Shown here in pieces: positions 10,557-24,321 of a stretch of 62,644 nucleotides of DNA. Below the pieces are notes generated by a model. The model saw only the letters and a list, made by a program, of their open reading frames with translations. It did not search any database and was not told the origin of the DNA. The stretch lies in the NCBI GenBank assembly GCA_002633005.1, contig NMRA01000079.1:192444-255087 (forward strand), given 5' to 3'. Numbering within the stretch: position 1 is the stretch's first letter; every line of letters begins with the position of its first letter. Source of the stretch: Phoronis australis. Taxonomy: Eukaryota > Animalia > Phoronida. The translations under genes were made by a program, and so were the position numbers.

Positions 10557-13500
10557 GTCAAGTTATCTGCGATGTCACTGTAAGTTTATGAGCTAACAAC
10601 TGTGTCATGCTGTAGATGAAATCTCCCAAATTCTGCAGTTAACAGCCTTGAGTTAGTTATGTTAAACAAAAAAACAGTCACTACGTAACACAAAAACTTC
10701 ACATTAATTGTGAACTTGGCATTTCTGTATATTGCAGTTCAAATGTCGGTAGTCAGCTAAAACTGTTACGACAGTCTTTGGTCAAAGTTGAATTAATCTA
10801 CAGTACCTAACAACAGATAATGGAGATTCTTGAAGTTGCCATGACAACAGTGGACGGAGCTATCATGACTAAAATGTCAGAGTGTCTAAAAAGCGAATGG
10901 CTCGTACAAGAGTGACAAATCATAACCACACTTCGGAGCAAATTCCACTTCTTATCTGCTCTCACTAATTACAAAATTATGTACAATACCAACACAGAAG
11001 ATAATATTCTAACCAGTCACCCATTACATTGCAAAATATATGCACCACGCACCAAACTTTGATTCTAGTACCATATCAATGGCAGAAACTTCTGCAACAA
11101 AACATTTTTAGAAAAATATAACAAATTCTTTCTTCAGATGCACACCACGAAAAAATTCTTCAATTTTTAACACCCAGGTTTTTTTTTGTAAATGGGAGAG
11201 ATATCCGTAAAGTCAAAAACCGATGCTTGGTCATCACGAAACATTAAGCAATACATGCCTAAATATCGGTAAATGGCGACACAGTTTTCTGGGTCTATTA
11301 TGAACCAGATAGCAGCCATAACACGCAAGTTAAAGAGGGAATTGAGCAGTACATCCTCTGCTGCTTAATTGACACACTCATTACAGTAACTTAGGTTGCT
11401 TAACAACTCGATGCCTAACAATGCACAGAGAATGATAATATCTGCAAAAACACCAGCAATTTCACAGAGCAGTCGACAGGTGTTGGACTTAATGTAGAGC
11501 TTCGAAGATTTAATTTTTTTGAAAAGAAATGCTTTCTCAGCAAAAATTAACTTCTCTAACATTAAACACACAGAGGAACTTCATCTTTTTCTGAAACGTT
11601 TTACTGTCTCGAATAGAATATTGTCCAAAATTTGGGAATTTTAACTAACGCAGTTATTACATAGCCTGTGCTATAGGAGATAACCGAGTAAATTCAGAGC
11701 ATTAGTTCAATGTTGCACTCTTGATGTAGAGTATATCGCTCAAACCCATATTGCAAAACACTCCAGTTTGTAAGTGATGGAGTTAATCTTAAATGCTTTC
11801 ACCACACTTGTTCCTTTTGGCACGCAATGAGACAAAGCGTGCCAGGCGAGATTCGTCACCTCCAAATTCGAGAATGTAACAATACTATATGCACAGGTAT
11901 ATCCAACCATAATTATACAACGAAAAATAAACTTACAATATACACAAAGGATCACCACTTTCTCACGCCAATGACGCATTAGAATAAAACATAAAGTAAC
12001 TTATACTTATGGTAGTACCTACAGTAGTTAAAAAAAATAACGAACAATTTTTTATGAACAAAATCTCAACATTTCGAAGCAAAAATTTCGGGCTGATTTT
12101 CAAGTGATTTAGTGCTGTCTTTTGATGCCAGTTGCCAGCTTTCCTACACAGTTCTTAAAGAAGACATTATGACACAAGCACATATCTCTGTCCAATTGTT
12201 TCAATTCAAATCGGTCATTCATGAGTGAAGGTCCAATTGTGTTTGCCTAAGTTTTAACAAAATTCCATATGATCATGACTTGGGCCCAGTTGCATAAAAG
12301 TGACATGCTGGACAGATACAATGACGTAGCATTGTCGCGTGTTACGTTGCCATCTTCGAACAGTGCTTTGAACGTCATGCAACAATCTAACAAGTATTCG
12401 AGGTTTTGCATGAATCGCATCCATCCATGATATAAAATTCACAACCTTGTTTTCACTGGTGGTGACTCAGTGGAAAACTCAACACGATCTTACTCCCAAG
12501 CGATATCATTATACAGTGCCAATGAAAACATGTCGACTGTCACCTTATTAGAGATACATATGTTGATCTGAAAAGAAAACACCCTAACACAATACATTGG
12601 GAAAAGAATTACATAACTGGTATGTTAAAAATGGTCAGGGACCTGCCCTATTTTATGATCTCTAATTATTATCATTATACCAAATTAAAAACAACAACTG
12701 CATGTAATGTCTCCACACTAGAGACTGGTCTGTGGCCCAAATGACTTTCTCTGAAATGACTGAGCCTCACTCAGAAGAGCAGGACGTCATTAGATCGATA
12801 TGGGAGCAACAAAGGGTAAAAATACATGAAACAAACATAGCTACAGCAGAGACTCCTTAATTTCGAACACAATGCTCAAATTCAGACTCTGAAATTAGTA
12901 AAATGTTGACAATTTACGATCTTAATTTAAGAAAACATATTGTTTATTAACAAGGAATTTTCATAATTTTCAAGTACGGCTAATTAACACTTAATACTAA
13001 TTACGAAATTGTCACTTGTTTCAACATCACAGTCTTACAGTTTTTTGATAAAATTATCAAGTGTCCGAAATTGAGGAGCTTTTACCCTAAATACTTAGAC
13101 ATCAGATCTGACCCAGCGGTTCAACCTCAGCAGAATGACTCATTGATGAGTACAAGGTGATTATCAGTGAGTGTTACAATTAATCCCAACTCAATGAGTT
13201 ACTGGTGCGCGACGCTGAATGGGAAAATAGTGGCAACTTCAGGTAAAAATTATCCTATATCCAATTACTACGATACCCCGCTTCCTCACAGTTGAACAAA
13301 GCATGATCAGCAAAGAATCTTAACTTCATAGCTTATCTTCGCCTCTGGTATAAACTAAGGCCTATGATTGCGTCGTTGTACTACGGCTCAAACTCCACCT
13401 TCGAGTATTTCAGATAACTGGAGTTGAATTGCTAGAAGTGCTTGAGAAGGCGTGCAAACACGCCAATCAATCTTTTACTTCAGCAAAGCAGGAAATACGA

Positions 13501-13712
13501 GTTGCACTCTGATGGAAATTGGCACCGACAGTTCTTCCAACAGGACGACTTCTCCAATTAAACAATAAATAATAATTTACAATGCCACTTTCTAAAAATC
13601 ACAATAATTTACTAGGTAATTGTTGTCAAATGCTCCAATGATACAAACAATGCTTCTGAGTGAGCCCGACTGACAACTAAATGTTGACTTCAAGGCGACC
13701 TTGGGATGACCT

Positions 13713-13959
13713 CTAGATCACCGGACACGGGATGAAGTTGTAGAGCAGAAGCAATGCAATCGTCAGAAATATTGCGTAGAGGAAAAACATGAACGCGCCG
13801 AGCAGTTTGTTCATTTTCCATTTGAAGGCGGCAATGCAGCATATCACAACTATTAACATAGCCAAAAGAAGGAGTATAGAGCATAGAAGACCCTCTCGGT
13901 CCACCGTCACCGGACATCCGCCATAGGCGATGGACCATAGCAACCATGGGAACGGCAGT
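13713..13959 (-). CDS. SLC24A2: SLC24/NCKX exchanger, terminal coding exon 8
   Basis: Acceptor ttcatttccag|A completes GGA. Encodes LPFPWLLWSIAYGG...AAFKWKMNKLLGAFMFFLYAIF...IPCPVI*, the typical NCKX C-terminal TM segments. Confidence 0.95.
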
Positions 13960-14609
13960 CTGGAAATGAATGAGTCAGATAGATGAGACTTTATTGCTCA
14001 ACAATTAAAAGGAAAGATGAATACACCAAAGCATTTGTTATAATACTGTGATTAACAGTAGATGTGTTGCTTTTATGAAATGTACATCTCCATGTGAACA
14101 AAGATGCCACATGTATGTTTAGAAAAAAATTAAACTGCGATTTGCTTCACACATCTGCAATGAAGTGACTAGCTTCCTTTATGAGATTCTTGCATCAGTC
14201 ATTAACTTCTATTGACCAATCATGAAAAGGGAAGTAAACAAGCTACATTACACAGCACTAAGCACTGGTACTTGACATACATCTTGTTGGTGGGTCCTTG
14301 CAAGCGCTACAAGCAAGTCAGCAGTGAATAGCGTACGCACATATCATAGTTTTTGACTAGTTTTGTTAGCCATTCATCAAATTTTTCTTGTCTGGAACGC
14401 TTCAAAAATGCTGATAATTTTAGCGGTATTTCTTCTTGAATTTTGAAAAAGAAAAATGAAAGCCAGAAATCCATAACATTCTAAATCCCACAGGCTTTTT
14501 ACACCCTATACGTACATAGAGAGTATGGAATAATTTGTAACTGTTGGAACTTGGAGATGTGACACATTCCGGAATTTGAATACATTAAATTACTTGAACA
14601 AGCACTCAC

Positions 14610-14746
14610 CCGACAGTTATGTCAAATATGTTGCTCCCCACAGAACTAGACACGGCCATGTCACCGAATCCTTTACGAGCAACGATGACACTGGTGATCA
14701 GGTCAGGTATACTGGTTCCCGCTGCGATGAAAGTTATGCCCATGAC
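14610..14746 (-). CDS. SLC24A2: SLC24/NCKX exchanger, coding exon 7 (alpha-2 repeat)
   Basis: [46 protein letters not shown] is the NCKX alpha-2 signature. The Asp in SNIFD, linked to K+ dependence in NCKX2, is retained. Sites ctacag| and |GTGAGT, phases 0/2. Confidence 0.97.
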
Positions 14747-15669
14747 CTGTAGTGAACAGAAAAATAAGTCAGCAGCACATACCAATGATTTTGGCACAAA
14801 AGACTAAGTTCTGAACAGGTCCTGATAGAGAACCTGTCATATACATGCTACGATATTTTTCATAATACGATCGATGCAATGGAGACTACAATGGAGTGAT
14901 TATTGTACCTTAAACTATAGTACGTGTCTGTATAAAATTGTTCACAATCACATTTAGTCACAGAATGTTGCGAGACCGAAGAATTAAGGCTATATTTTAA
15001 GACTACAATAAACTCTCACCAATTTAGGACACAATATGGCCAACCAGTGAAATATTACGTTTTCATCTTTTAATAAGAGAAAGGAAGCACTAAATAAATG
15101 CTATGCCATTTTAAAAGTCCATGCCATAGCTACCTCCTGACAATGTTTCTGAGAAATTGCGGGCATTTAAAAGAATTTTAGAATCTTTTGAAAAGTGAAA
15201 TAATACCAATTTTGACAATAATTTTTGTCTGAAATTGGTGAGATTTTACCATAATGTTAAAAAATTTGCAGACATGCTACAGTGAAACCTCACCACTTAA
15301 GATGCAATATGGCGGACAGGAGACATTTTAATATCTCATTTTTTCAAAAAAATGATACAATCCAAAATAATGCACTGCCATATCAAAATTTTGTACTGAA
15401 TAAGCTACAAACAGAAAATAGTTTGAAAACTTTTGGTCGTTCACCACAATGTAAGAAGACCTTGAAAAATGAAAACCGAACTCTTTTAGCATTTGTCCAA
15501 ATTGGAAAGACTTAACAATATTCATGCTCAGTAGATGTAAACCTCGTCCCCAGTTCTAACTGCACTGTCACGTTATTTGAAAGTAAAAGATTTATTTCAT
15601 CTTCCCTTACTAACTGCAATTCCTTGTACTGCCCCTCGTAAAACACCCAAGATCCACTCATTTACTTAC

Positions 15670-15789
15670 AGCGTCGGTTATCCCAGCTGCTATACCTGTC
15701 ACCTTAGCAAACCACACCATGAGGTACGAGAATCCACCAATAAAGAGGATACTGCCGATGAATGTGCAAGCAAACCACTTCCTCTTCTC
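15670..15789 (-). CDS. SLC24A2: SLC24/NCKX exchanger, coding exon 6
   Basis: EKRKWFACTFIGSILFIGGFSYLMVWFAKVTGIAAGITDA, 120 nt. Sites ttcacag| and |GTAAGT, phases 0/0. Confidence 0.95.
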
Positions 15790-16628
15790 CTGTGAACAGC
15801 CACATATGACGAATAATGAGTTGAAAGAGAAGATAAAATAAACCGTCCAATATGGATGGATTATTTGAAGCGTAAGAATCTCATCAAAAGCCTTCTTGCA
15901 TCACTTTTTTACAAAGTATTCAATAAATATTCTAATGCAAAAGGTTTTCAGTCAATTTCAAAACCAAAAACATTTGAACTAGGCCACAACAAAATATGTC
16001 TCAACTTACAGTGAAATCTCACAAGTTCGGGAGGCAATTCCGTAGACAAGTAAAATATTTTACGAAGGCCAAGTAGCACTGAAAAATGCCTTATTTTTTA
16101 AGTTTTCTACAATAGCTACTATCAGTCACTGTTTGGAGAAATTGGGTGCAGTCACAACAATAAAAAATTCTCAATTTCGGCAATTAATTTTGTCAAAACT
16201 CATGAGATTTCACATTATGCTTTTCGCAGTTCCAAGTCATAGACGTCTCGTTTTGCATGTGGAAATCAATAGTTACCAATCTTATGGAAACGAAATGGTA
16301 CCTTGAGCAAACGCAACATGGAGACACTCACTAGGTGGTGCCTAGTGATTTTAAAAACCTGACAGATTTGCTTCATCCTCCTCTGAATCACAACTGGAAA
16401 GTTGATAGGGCCAGGCAACAAGGCTCTTGTTCACCTGAAGAGAAGGATGCCTGTGCCTTCTGAGAGGGAAATTGTTTGGTTGGGAGGATTCTACTCTATA
16501 ACCAGGGATCGGTGTTTTTGTGAAAAGTTAACACGAAAAGTGTTTGCTTTCCTCTTTAAAAACTATCAGTATTTCAGCACGAGCTACTGACAGTCATGTG
16601 ATGACCTCAATGGTGTATGAAGACTTAC

Positions 16629-16760
16629 TGGCCTGCGCACATCAGGTAATAGTAGCCATAGCGGGAATACTATGGGAGCAACAAGGATGTAGGTCAGACG
16701 TTTACGGGGCGTCTCCGGCCAAGACATGTCCAGGGGTTCCTCATCATCCTCCCCATCATC
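16629..16760 (-). CDS. SLC24A2: SLC24/NCKX exchanger, coding exon 5
   Basis: [44 protein letters not shown] (acidic stretch, WP and PD motifs), 132 nt. Sites ttacag| and |GTAAGT. Confidence 0.95.
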
Positions 16761-17069
16761 CTGTAACCATAGCAACGTACAGAAATCATGGTAGCATGGT
16801 ATCACAAAACATTTAACGTATATAAACTCTGATAACATAAAGGAAATAAATTGCTTTGTATTCGACCTCAAAATAATTCCATTTTGATTTTGTTAAAAAT
16901 ATATTAAAAACGTGGTACTACATTCTGCCAGTCTGAAGTAGACGGATGAGTAAATTAGAAACCACAGACATACACACTGCAGCCTATTTGCTTTATCTAC
17001 CCAATACAGAATTGTTCAAACTCTTAATTCCAAGCAAATGGCCTAAGAAAGTTACTAAATTAAAATTAC

Positions 17070-17162
17070 CTGAGATTTCTCACTGACTGAATCAGCTGTG
17101 TTGTCTGTACTGGCCTGACCAGTATCTGGCCGAGATTTTGTCGACACAGTGTGTTGAACAAC
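17070..17162 (-). CDS. SLC24A2: SLC24/NCKX exchanger, coding exon 4 (cytoplasmic loop, symmetric 93 nt)
   Basis: Acceptor tgtttttag|, donor CAG|GTAATT. Open frame VVQHTVSTKSRPDTGQASTDNTADSVSEKSQ, phases 0/0. Not on the ORF track; supported by splice sites and phase only. Confidence 0.75.
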
Positions 17163-17984
17163 CTAAAAACATTGCAAAGTCTTAAAAGCTTTAACAAGAT
17201 TGTTTCCAGTTATCCTTTATGAAGCAGTCGCAGAAATCTAAAAAAAATTACAACAGTCACAAAAAATCTCGTCAAAGTTTGAACTGTGAGTTTCTGAAAA
17301 TTGACACAAACTTTTCTCTATGATCCCATCCGAGAGATTTTCAGAAGGTCAGAAGGTCAGACAGTCTTACAACTTTATATGCAAAATTTCTTAAGCATTC
17401 CCTGTGGTAGGTTTTCAGAAACTAGTAGTGAGTGATCATTTGACCAGCTGCTTCAGCTGCCATCTGGTTGCACCAGAAGGAGCTAAGACATCCAAGACAC
17501 TTGAGGCCAGGCAAGTTGTAAATATTTGGTGCTTAATTCAGAAGTTAATGTCATCAGTGAGTAGACAGCGATCTTAATTTTCAGTTTTCAAATATCAACA
17601 CAATTTATTCATCAAAACATGACCAAAATTCTGGAGCAAAGATTTATCACTAAAAACTGCTAACCACAATGTGACTGGAAAATGACAAGTGCATGTGCTC
17701 AGAGACAGGATTTTAGAAAAAACCTGACATAAACATGTTTTATAACCAAATAATGATTAAGTATAAGTTAAAGAGCAGTCAAACACAGATGTCATTCTTT
17801 AAAAGCATTAATTGTGCACAAAAATATATCATGATATAAACAATCCATTAAAAGATTTTAACCCTATATACATCTTTTTATACAAGCTGTCTATGTAGTA
17901 AATTTAATGCAGTTAACAATTATTATTCGAGTTATTTTTATACCTCAAGTATTACGGTAAACATTCTCCAATTTGGAACAGTGA

Positions 17985-18240
17985 AAAATTAATTACTCTG
18001 CTCAAGGTCGGAGCTTGTTCCAAATACTAGAACTAGGCAATACTGGCAGTGTCAAATTCAAGAATCACCGCAGACGGCGAAATTACCCACTCTGTAGATT
18101 GAAATCACTGCCTGAAGTTTGAGAAATATGGTGCACGCCAAAATCCCCTGCGGTCCCAAATTCCAAAATCAAGAAAATTCAATTTTTGCATGCCCCATTC
18201 TATAAAGACTGTCTCAAATTGGAGAATTTTTACTGCAGTA
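17985..18240. repeat. Interspersed repeat family, copy 1 of 3 (others ~25360-25660 and ~53680-53920)
   Basis: Shared blocks tgctcaaggtYggagcttg, aggcaataYtggcagt, cactctgtagattgaaa, agaaatatggtg and tcccaaattccaaaat. The 25.4-kb copy is more diverged. Confidence 0.75.
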
Positions 18241-18361
18241 ATGTCTTGTATCTTTAATTTAAGCTTGATATGGTCAACTGGTTTTGTTACATCGTTACGT
18301 GAATTAACAGTGTGTATGCAATAATCACAGCTATTGATAAATACATTAGGACAAGCAAGGT

Positions 18362-21300
18362 GGGAGGACACACTGTGAAACACACTGTGCCTGAACCTAA
18401 CCTGAAATCACCAAGCTTGCAACATGTCACAATTATACAAATCACCTCATTCATTGCAAATTAAAATCCACAGAACAGTTTCAACTCCTAACAAAAGGGG
18501 ATTCCAAGATCAGGATAACAACCTAGTCCATTGCAAAGCATTTCGATTGTCTTTCCAAGAAACTTCTGCACAAAAGGGCACCTTTTCCAACAAGAGGTTC
18601 CTTTATTCAATTACGCAAATCATTAATTAAAAAAGTATGATTTTCGACAGTACAGTTTGTCTTCTTGCACTATTTTAGGATGAAAGGGTTCAGAAGAAAG
18701 CCTGCCAAAAGGTTAGGTTTTAATCTCAACAAAAGGGTAACGGTACAAAAGGGTGATCATATTGGAACATAACAGTACAAAAGGGTGACTTTTTCATGAA
18801 AGTCCACATAAATGGGCCTCTTTTCAGAATCCACTTTCAAAATGGGGAATAATAATTTTCCATCAGGTTCTCCTGTAAACTATAAATGCAATACTACTTC
18901 TCATAATTGAAAAAAAATGGCAAGCACAAAACTTTGGCTTAAAATTTTCAAACATGAAATAAGCTTTATAAAACTCAAAAGTTTTTAAAATATTTGTATA
19001 ATGTTTGAAGGCAGGCAGCAATGACACAGGAGGTGCCTGGTCAAAAATGGAAACCCAATACCCCTGTTAAGAACTAGACTTGTGCCCCACATCTATACCT
19101 ATTGAAAGAGGGATTAAGCATGACCGATATTTATTTCATGCCTTGAAAAATATCGGCCCAAATTATACCCTATCCTGCTGCGCAGCACCCATATTTTATG
19201 TTCCCCTAAAACGGGGATTAGTCAACTTTTGACTACCATGTGCAGTTAACTCTTAAGAATATAATCAGACTGAAATCGATACCAAGCACAACTAGTGATC
19301 TTTCATCCCATTTTTATAGCATCTAATTTGAAGCGAAATCCCAAACTTGTATAGAAATGGTGAGAATATGACCTGAACATATACCCAAGATTGAACAATG
19401 CACTCAGACTCTGTGGCATAACCCTTGTATACCTTACTGCGCCCTCCCAGGCTTCTACGTTATAATCAAGTGTTGTGAATACGTCTGCTCCCCATGTGTA
19501 AAGCAATAAAAAATGTCCGATCTGACAGAACTTTGCAGATTACAGGTTACAACATTGCGGTATCTAAAATACCATCGTCAACTTATCATTTTTATCACAT
19601 TAGGCCAAAGAAAACAGCATATAATTGATTTTGGTCTACACCCAACTCCTTTTGAAACCTGTGCCTCTCTTTTTAAAGAAAAATTAGCATTTGCTTAAAT
19701 CACTTTTATGAATTTTATTTCAAAAAGTACAAAAATGTAGCTTTTCCACAAAGAGGCTCCGCAACTTAGTCGCCACCTTAACTGGTTAGAGTAAGAACTA
19801 GTGTCCAACACCAAGTGACACGGTGTTGAGGTGTCACCCAGGGGTGCAGCCAACCACCCGGTAATAACCAGAAGTACAGCCAACCGCCTGGGAATAACCA
19901 GGAGTACAGCCAACCACCCGGTAATAACCAGAAGTACAGCCAACCGCCTGGGAATAACCAGAAGTACAGCCAACCGCCCAGTAATAACCAGAAGTACAGC
20001 CAACCACCCGGTAATAACCAGAAGTACAGCCAACCGCCTGGGAATAACCAGGAGTACAGCCAACNNNNNNNNNNNNNNNNNNNNNNNNNNNNNNNNNNNN
20101 NNNNNNNNNNNNNNNNNNNNNNNNNNNNNNNNNNNNNNNNNNNNNNNNNNNNNNNNNNNNNNNNNNGGGAGGAAACACTGTGAAACACACTGTGCCTGAA
20201 CCTAACCTGAAATCGCCAAGCTTGCAACATGTCACAATTATACAAATCACCTCATTCACTGCAGATTAAAATCCACAGCACAGTTTCAACTCCTAACAAA
20301 AGGGGATTCCAAGATCAGGATAACAACCTAGTCCATTGCAAAGCATTTCGATTGTCTTTCCAAGAAACTTCTGAACAAAAGGGCACCTTTTCCAACAAGA
20401 TCCCGGAGCTCAAACCTACAAAGGGTTCCTTTATTCAATTACGCAAATCATTAATTAAAAAAGTAAACTGATTTTCGACAGTACAGTTTGTCTTCTTGCA
20501 CTATTTTAGGATGAAAGGGTTCAGAAGAAAGTCTGCCAAAAGGTTAGGTTTTAATCTCAACAAAAGGGTAACGGTACAAAAGGGTGATCATTTTGGAACA
20601 TAACAGTACAAAAGGGTGACTTTTTCATGAAAGTCCACATAAATGGGCCTCTTTTCAGAATCCACTTTCGAAATGGGGAATAATAATTTTCCATCAGGAT
20701 CTCCTGTAAACTATAAATGCAATACTACTTCTCATAATTGAAAAAAAATGGCAAGCACAAAACTTTGGCTTAAAATTTTCAAACATGAAATAAGCTTTAT
20801 AAAACTCAAAAGTTTTTAAAACATTTGTATAATGTTTGAAGGCAGGCAGCAACGACACAGGAGGTACCTGGTGAGAAATGGAAACCCGATACCCCTGTTA
20901 AGAACTAGACTTGTGCCCCACATCTATACCTATTGAAAGAGGGATTAAGCATGACCCATATTTATTTCATGCCTTGAAAAATATCGGCCCAAATTATACC
21001 CTATCCTGCTGCGCAGCACCCATATTTTATGTTCCCCTAAAACAGGGATTAGTCAACTTTTGACTACCATGTGCAGTTAACTCTTAAGAATATAATCAGA
21101 CTGAAATCGATACCAAGCACAACTAGTGATCTTTCATCCCATTTTTATAGCATCTAATTTGAAGCGAAATACCAAACTTGTATAGAAATGGTGAGAATGT
21201 GACCTGAACATATACCCAAGATTAAACAATGCACTCAGACTCTGTGGCATAACCCTTGTATACCTTACTGCGCCCTCCCAGGCTTCTACGTTATAATCAA

Positions 21301-21776
21301 GTGTTGTGAATACGTCTGCTCCCCATGTGTAAAGCAATAAAAAATGTCCAGATCTGACAGATCTTTGCAGATTACAGGTTACAACATTGCGGTATCTAAA
21401 ACACCATCGTCAACTTATCATTTTTATCGCATTAGGCCAAAGAAAACAGCATATAATTGATTTTGGTCTACACCCAACTCCTTTTGAAACCTGTGCCTCT
21501 CTTTTCAAAGAAAAATTAGCATTTGCTTAAATCACTTTTATGAATTTTATTTCAAAAAGTACAAAAATGTAGCTTTTCCACAAAGAGGCTCCACAACTTA
21601 GTCGCCACCTTAACTGGTTAGAGTAAGAACTAGTGTCCAACACCAAGGTACACGGTGTTGAGGTGTCACCCAGGGGTGCAGCCAACCACCCGGTAATAAC
21701 CAGAAGTACAGCCAACCACCCGGTAATAACCAGAAGTACAGCCAACCGCCTGGGAATAACCAGGAGTACAGCCAAC
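18362..21776. repeat. Near-identical ~1.7-kb direct duplication flanking a 102-N gap (18362-20064 and 20167-21776)
   Basis: The copies are colinear with scattered substitutions and small indels, a 23-bp indel (20401-20423) and different minisatellite copy numbers. Both abut the gap at 20065-20166. Confidence 0.95.
19851..20064. repeat. 30-bp minisatellite, at least 7 units, runs into the gap
   Basis: caaccRccYRgKaataaccagRagtacagc units in two main variants. The counterpart at 21683-21772 has 3 units. Confidence 0.95.
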
Positions 21777-22080
21777 TGCATGGGAATAAAAATTCCTACA
21801 CCACTTAAGCCGATGATTCCTCTCTCTGATAAAAATGTACAACTGAAAACATACACATCACGCACCAATTTCCAAAAAACAGAGGGGACCCCATTATGGT
21901 TTTCTTTGCTTAACATTGGCATGTGATGTGTACTAGGGCGACATGAACTAATAAATGTAACACATAAGAATACTTCAGTTTGGGATGTAGTATGTGGCAC
22001 ACAAGTTGCACTTATTTTGGCAATATTCTCAAAAAAAATTCAGCATGGCGAGTACAATACAAGTAGCATTTCATATTTTA

Positions 22081-22200
22081 AGCATTTTGCAGCACTTAAG
22101 TAAGACTCAAAACATTTTGCAACACTTAAGTAAGACTCAAAACATTTTGCAGCACTTAAGTAAGACTCAAAACATTTTGCAGCACTTAAGTAAGACTAAG
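22081..22200. repeat. 30-bp tandem repeat, 4 copies
   Basis: aacattttgcagcacttaagtaagactcaa repeated four times with few substitutions. Confidence 0.95.
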
Positions 22201-23398
22201 AACTAGGCAGTCTTCACATCAAATTGTACTTTTACAAAACAAAACCAAACTTAACTGACGACAGACAAGAATTGGAGAGGAAATAACCATTTGTAGTAGG
22301 GAAACAACACACTGGCATGAAGTTACTGTTCTGACGGTTGATGACTTTCGGAAATGTACTGCACCACTACTGAAAACATGGAACCTAGTTGTTTGGAACG
22401 AGCCGCACGTAACAATAGAATAACTTGATGGACAAGTTCCTGAAATTAATCGACTATGGCACAAACTATAGTGATTAATGCGTCGGAAATACACTGCTTT
22501 CAAACTATTAATTTTCTTCCAACAAAGCTAATCTATAGCACAGCTTATTGATTACAACCCCATACAAGAATTTTATGTCGTGTAAGCAACGCGATCTCCT
22601 AAAACAATGGCCGATGGTGTCACTTCCAGTTCAGTGAAGAGCAACAGAGCAGACCAAGTACGTTACTGAGAAAATACTTTTGATAACACTCCAGTTGTTT
22701 GTAGCCCAATAAACAATACTGCAGAACTATCAAAATAGAACCAAAAGATCAACTAAACAAACTGCAGTATGTTTAATAAGAGAGTTGACCTGGGGTATAT
22801 TTTGAGTATTCACTAAGAAATTTACTAAAAAAATAGGCATGGCCATCTATATGAGCTGATCAGCTTGCCAAACTGAGTATTTGAAGTTCTTAAACACAAA
22901 GTTATTAATATGCCAATCACCAGCTCACGGAGTGGCCTAGAAAGCAGTGGTACAAGAAGTTAGCGCTTTGTGGCAAAAGGACTCTGATTCCACTCATGAC
23001 TGGCTCAGTCACTCAAATTTAAGGGCACTCTTTGAGTATAATAAAATCATTCAGATATTAATGCTCTATTGAGCTTTGATGTGCATAGTCAAGCCACCAC
23101 ACTGTATTGCTCAGGCAGGTTACAGTATTAATCCAATTCACACCAAACAGATTTAAATGTTATAACTCTAGGTCTAAACAGTATAAAATGAGTTTTAACC
23201 TAAAGTGCAGTTTTAACCTTCTGTGCGGATGGTTTAGCGAGTGGTTATAACCGTAACTTGGTGTAAGCACAGTGCTTTCAAAAGTTACAAGGTGGCGCTG
23301 CTGACAAAACTGGTTAATATTTCACTTGTCTGCCATATTGATTGCAAAATGGATGAATTGTCGCTGTCAGTGAAATATTCAAAGTTAAGGTACCACAC

Positions 23399-23664
23399 CT
23401 GGTTATAATTCTGCACACAGTCTTGATTGTCTGGTAGACTCTCTATGGACGTGATGGTCGTCTGCTGGCTTGCCTGACGCGGTAGTTGTCCCCCGTGCTG
23501 AGTGGTCGTGGCCAGGAACGTGCCCGTGCCATTGATGGAGATCTGGCCATGCTGCAACTGGGTCTTGTTACCCTCGAGGTCGCACTGCTCGCCTGTGTCT
23601 GGGTTAATGGTGACATTGAGAGATGCAATGGCGTGAAGTTGGATAGCCTTGTCATGGACTTTAC
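23399..23664 (-). CDS. SLC24A2: SLC24/NCKX exchanger, coding exon 3 (cytoplasmic loop)
   Basis: Acceptor ttttgccag|GT completes GGT. GKVHDKAIQLHAIASLNV resembles the Nckx30C loop motif. Donor CAG|GTGTGG, phases 1/0. Confidence 0.9.
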
Positions 23665-24162
23665 CTGGCAAAATGAACAGACAGACGTACAGTACAAGAC
23701 AAAAGTAATCAGACAAAATACCATTTACCCCATCATGACGGCTAATTCTGTTGACAGCAAAAATTACTGGTAAGGATTACTATATTGGCAAAATTCCAAT
23801 TACGGAATTGATTGGCCTACTCGTTAGTTCTCTCATTCATTCCCCTTCATTATTGGTCACACAGAAAAGCTACTCTGACTGAACTCGGCTTTCACCAAGC
23901 GATCATTATACCGGGGAATTCCGGGTCATTTTGTACGACAAAGGCACATGCAGGCGTGACCTGTGTGTGGACTGAACTGTGAAAGAAAGGGAATGATTCA
24001 CACAACATTCACTGACAGCCAGCAATGAGATATAAACGGGACAACATGAGTCTAGCAGCAGTGTACAGGTGACTCACTGAGCAAGGCTCAAACTGCGCGT
24101 CAACCGATTCGCAAAAACTTTACTTACAATTTTTTCATACAATTGATGAGACTGGGTTAGCT

Positions 24163-24321
24163 GAGTGGCCGATTTAGAGGGGGGCCAAGTGGGTCATGGC
24201 CCCCCCTAAAATTCTCCCAGATTCCATTAGACAGTTTGGGGGTACGAATGTCTGACGGGCAAAATCCTGGCTATTACTTTGCCCTGGCCTCCCCTAACTC
24301 AAAATCTTGGATCCGCCCGTG
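24163..24321. mobile_element. Degenerate short MITE (GGCGGATCC-type termini)
   Basis: The left end gagtggccgatttagagggggg and right end tcttggatccgcccgtg are imperfect inverted repeats, with internal G/C runs. Confidence 0.5.

Noticed and set aside
16328-16348. Hairpin TCACTAGG-TGGTG-CCTAGTGA containing a CTCF-like core
   Set aside because: An isolated 8-bp stem with no supporting context; plausible by chance or as a repeat remnant.
19695-20259. Repetitive ORFs in several frames (LAVLLVIPRR, WLYFWLL, ITRSTAN) as stand-alone genes
   Set aside because: They are translations of a stop-free 30-bp minisatellite, partly extended through Ns.
21994-22206. ORF with NILQHLSKTQ repeats
   Set aside because: Translation of a 30-bp tandem repeat with no gene structure.
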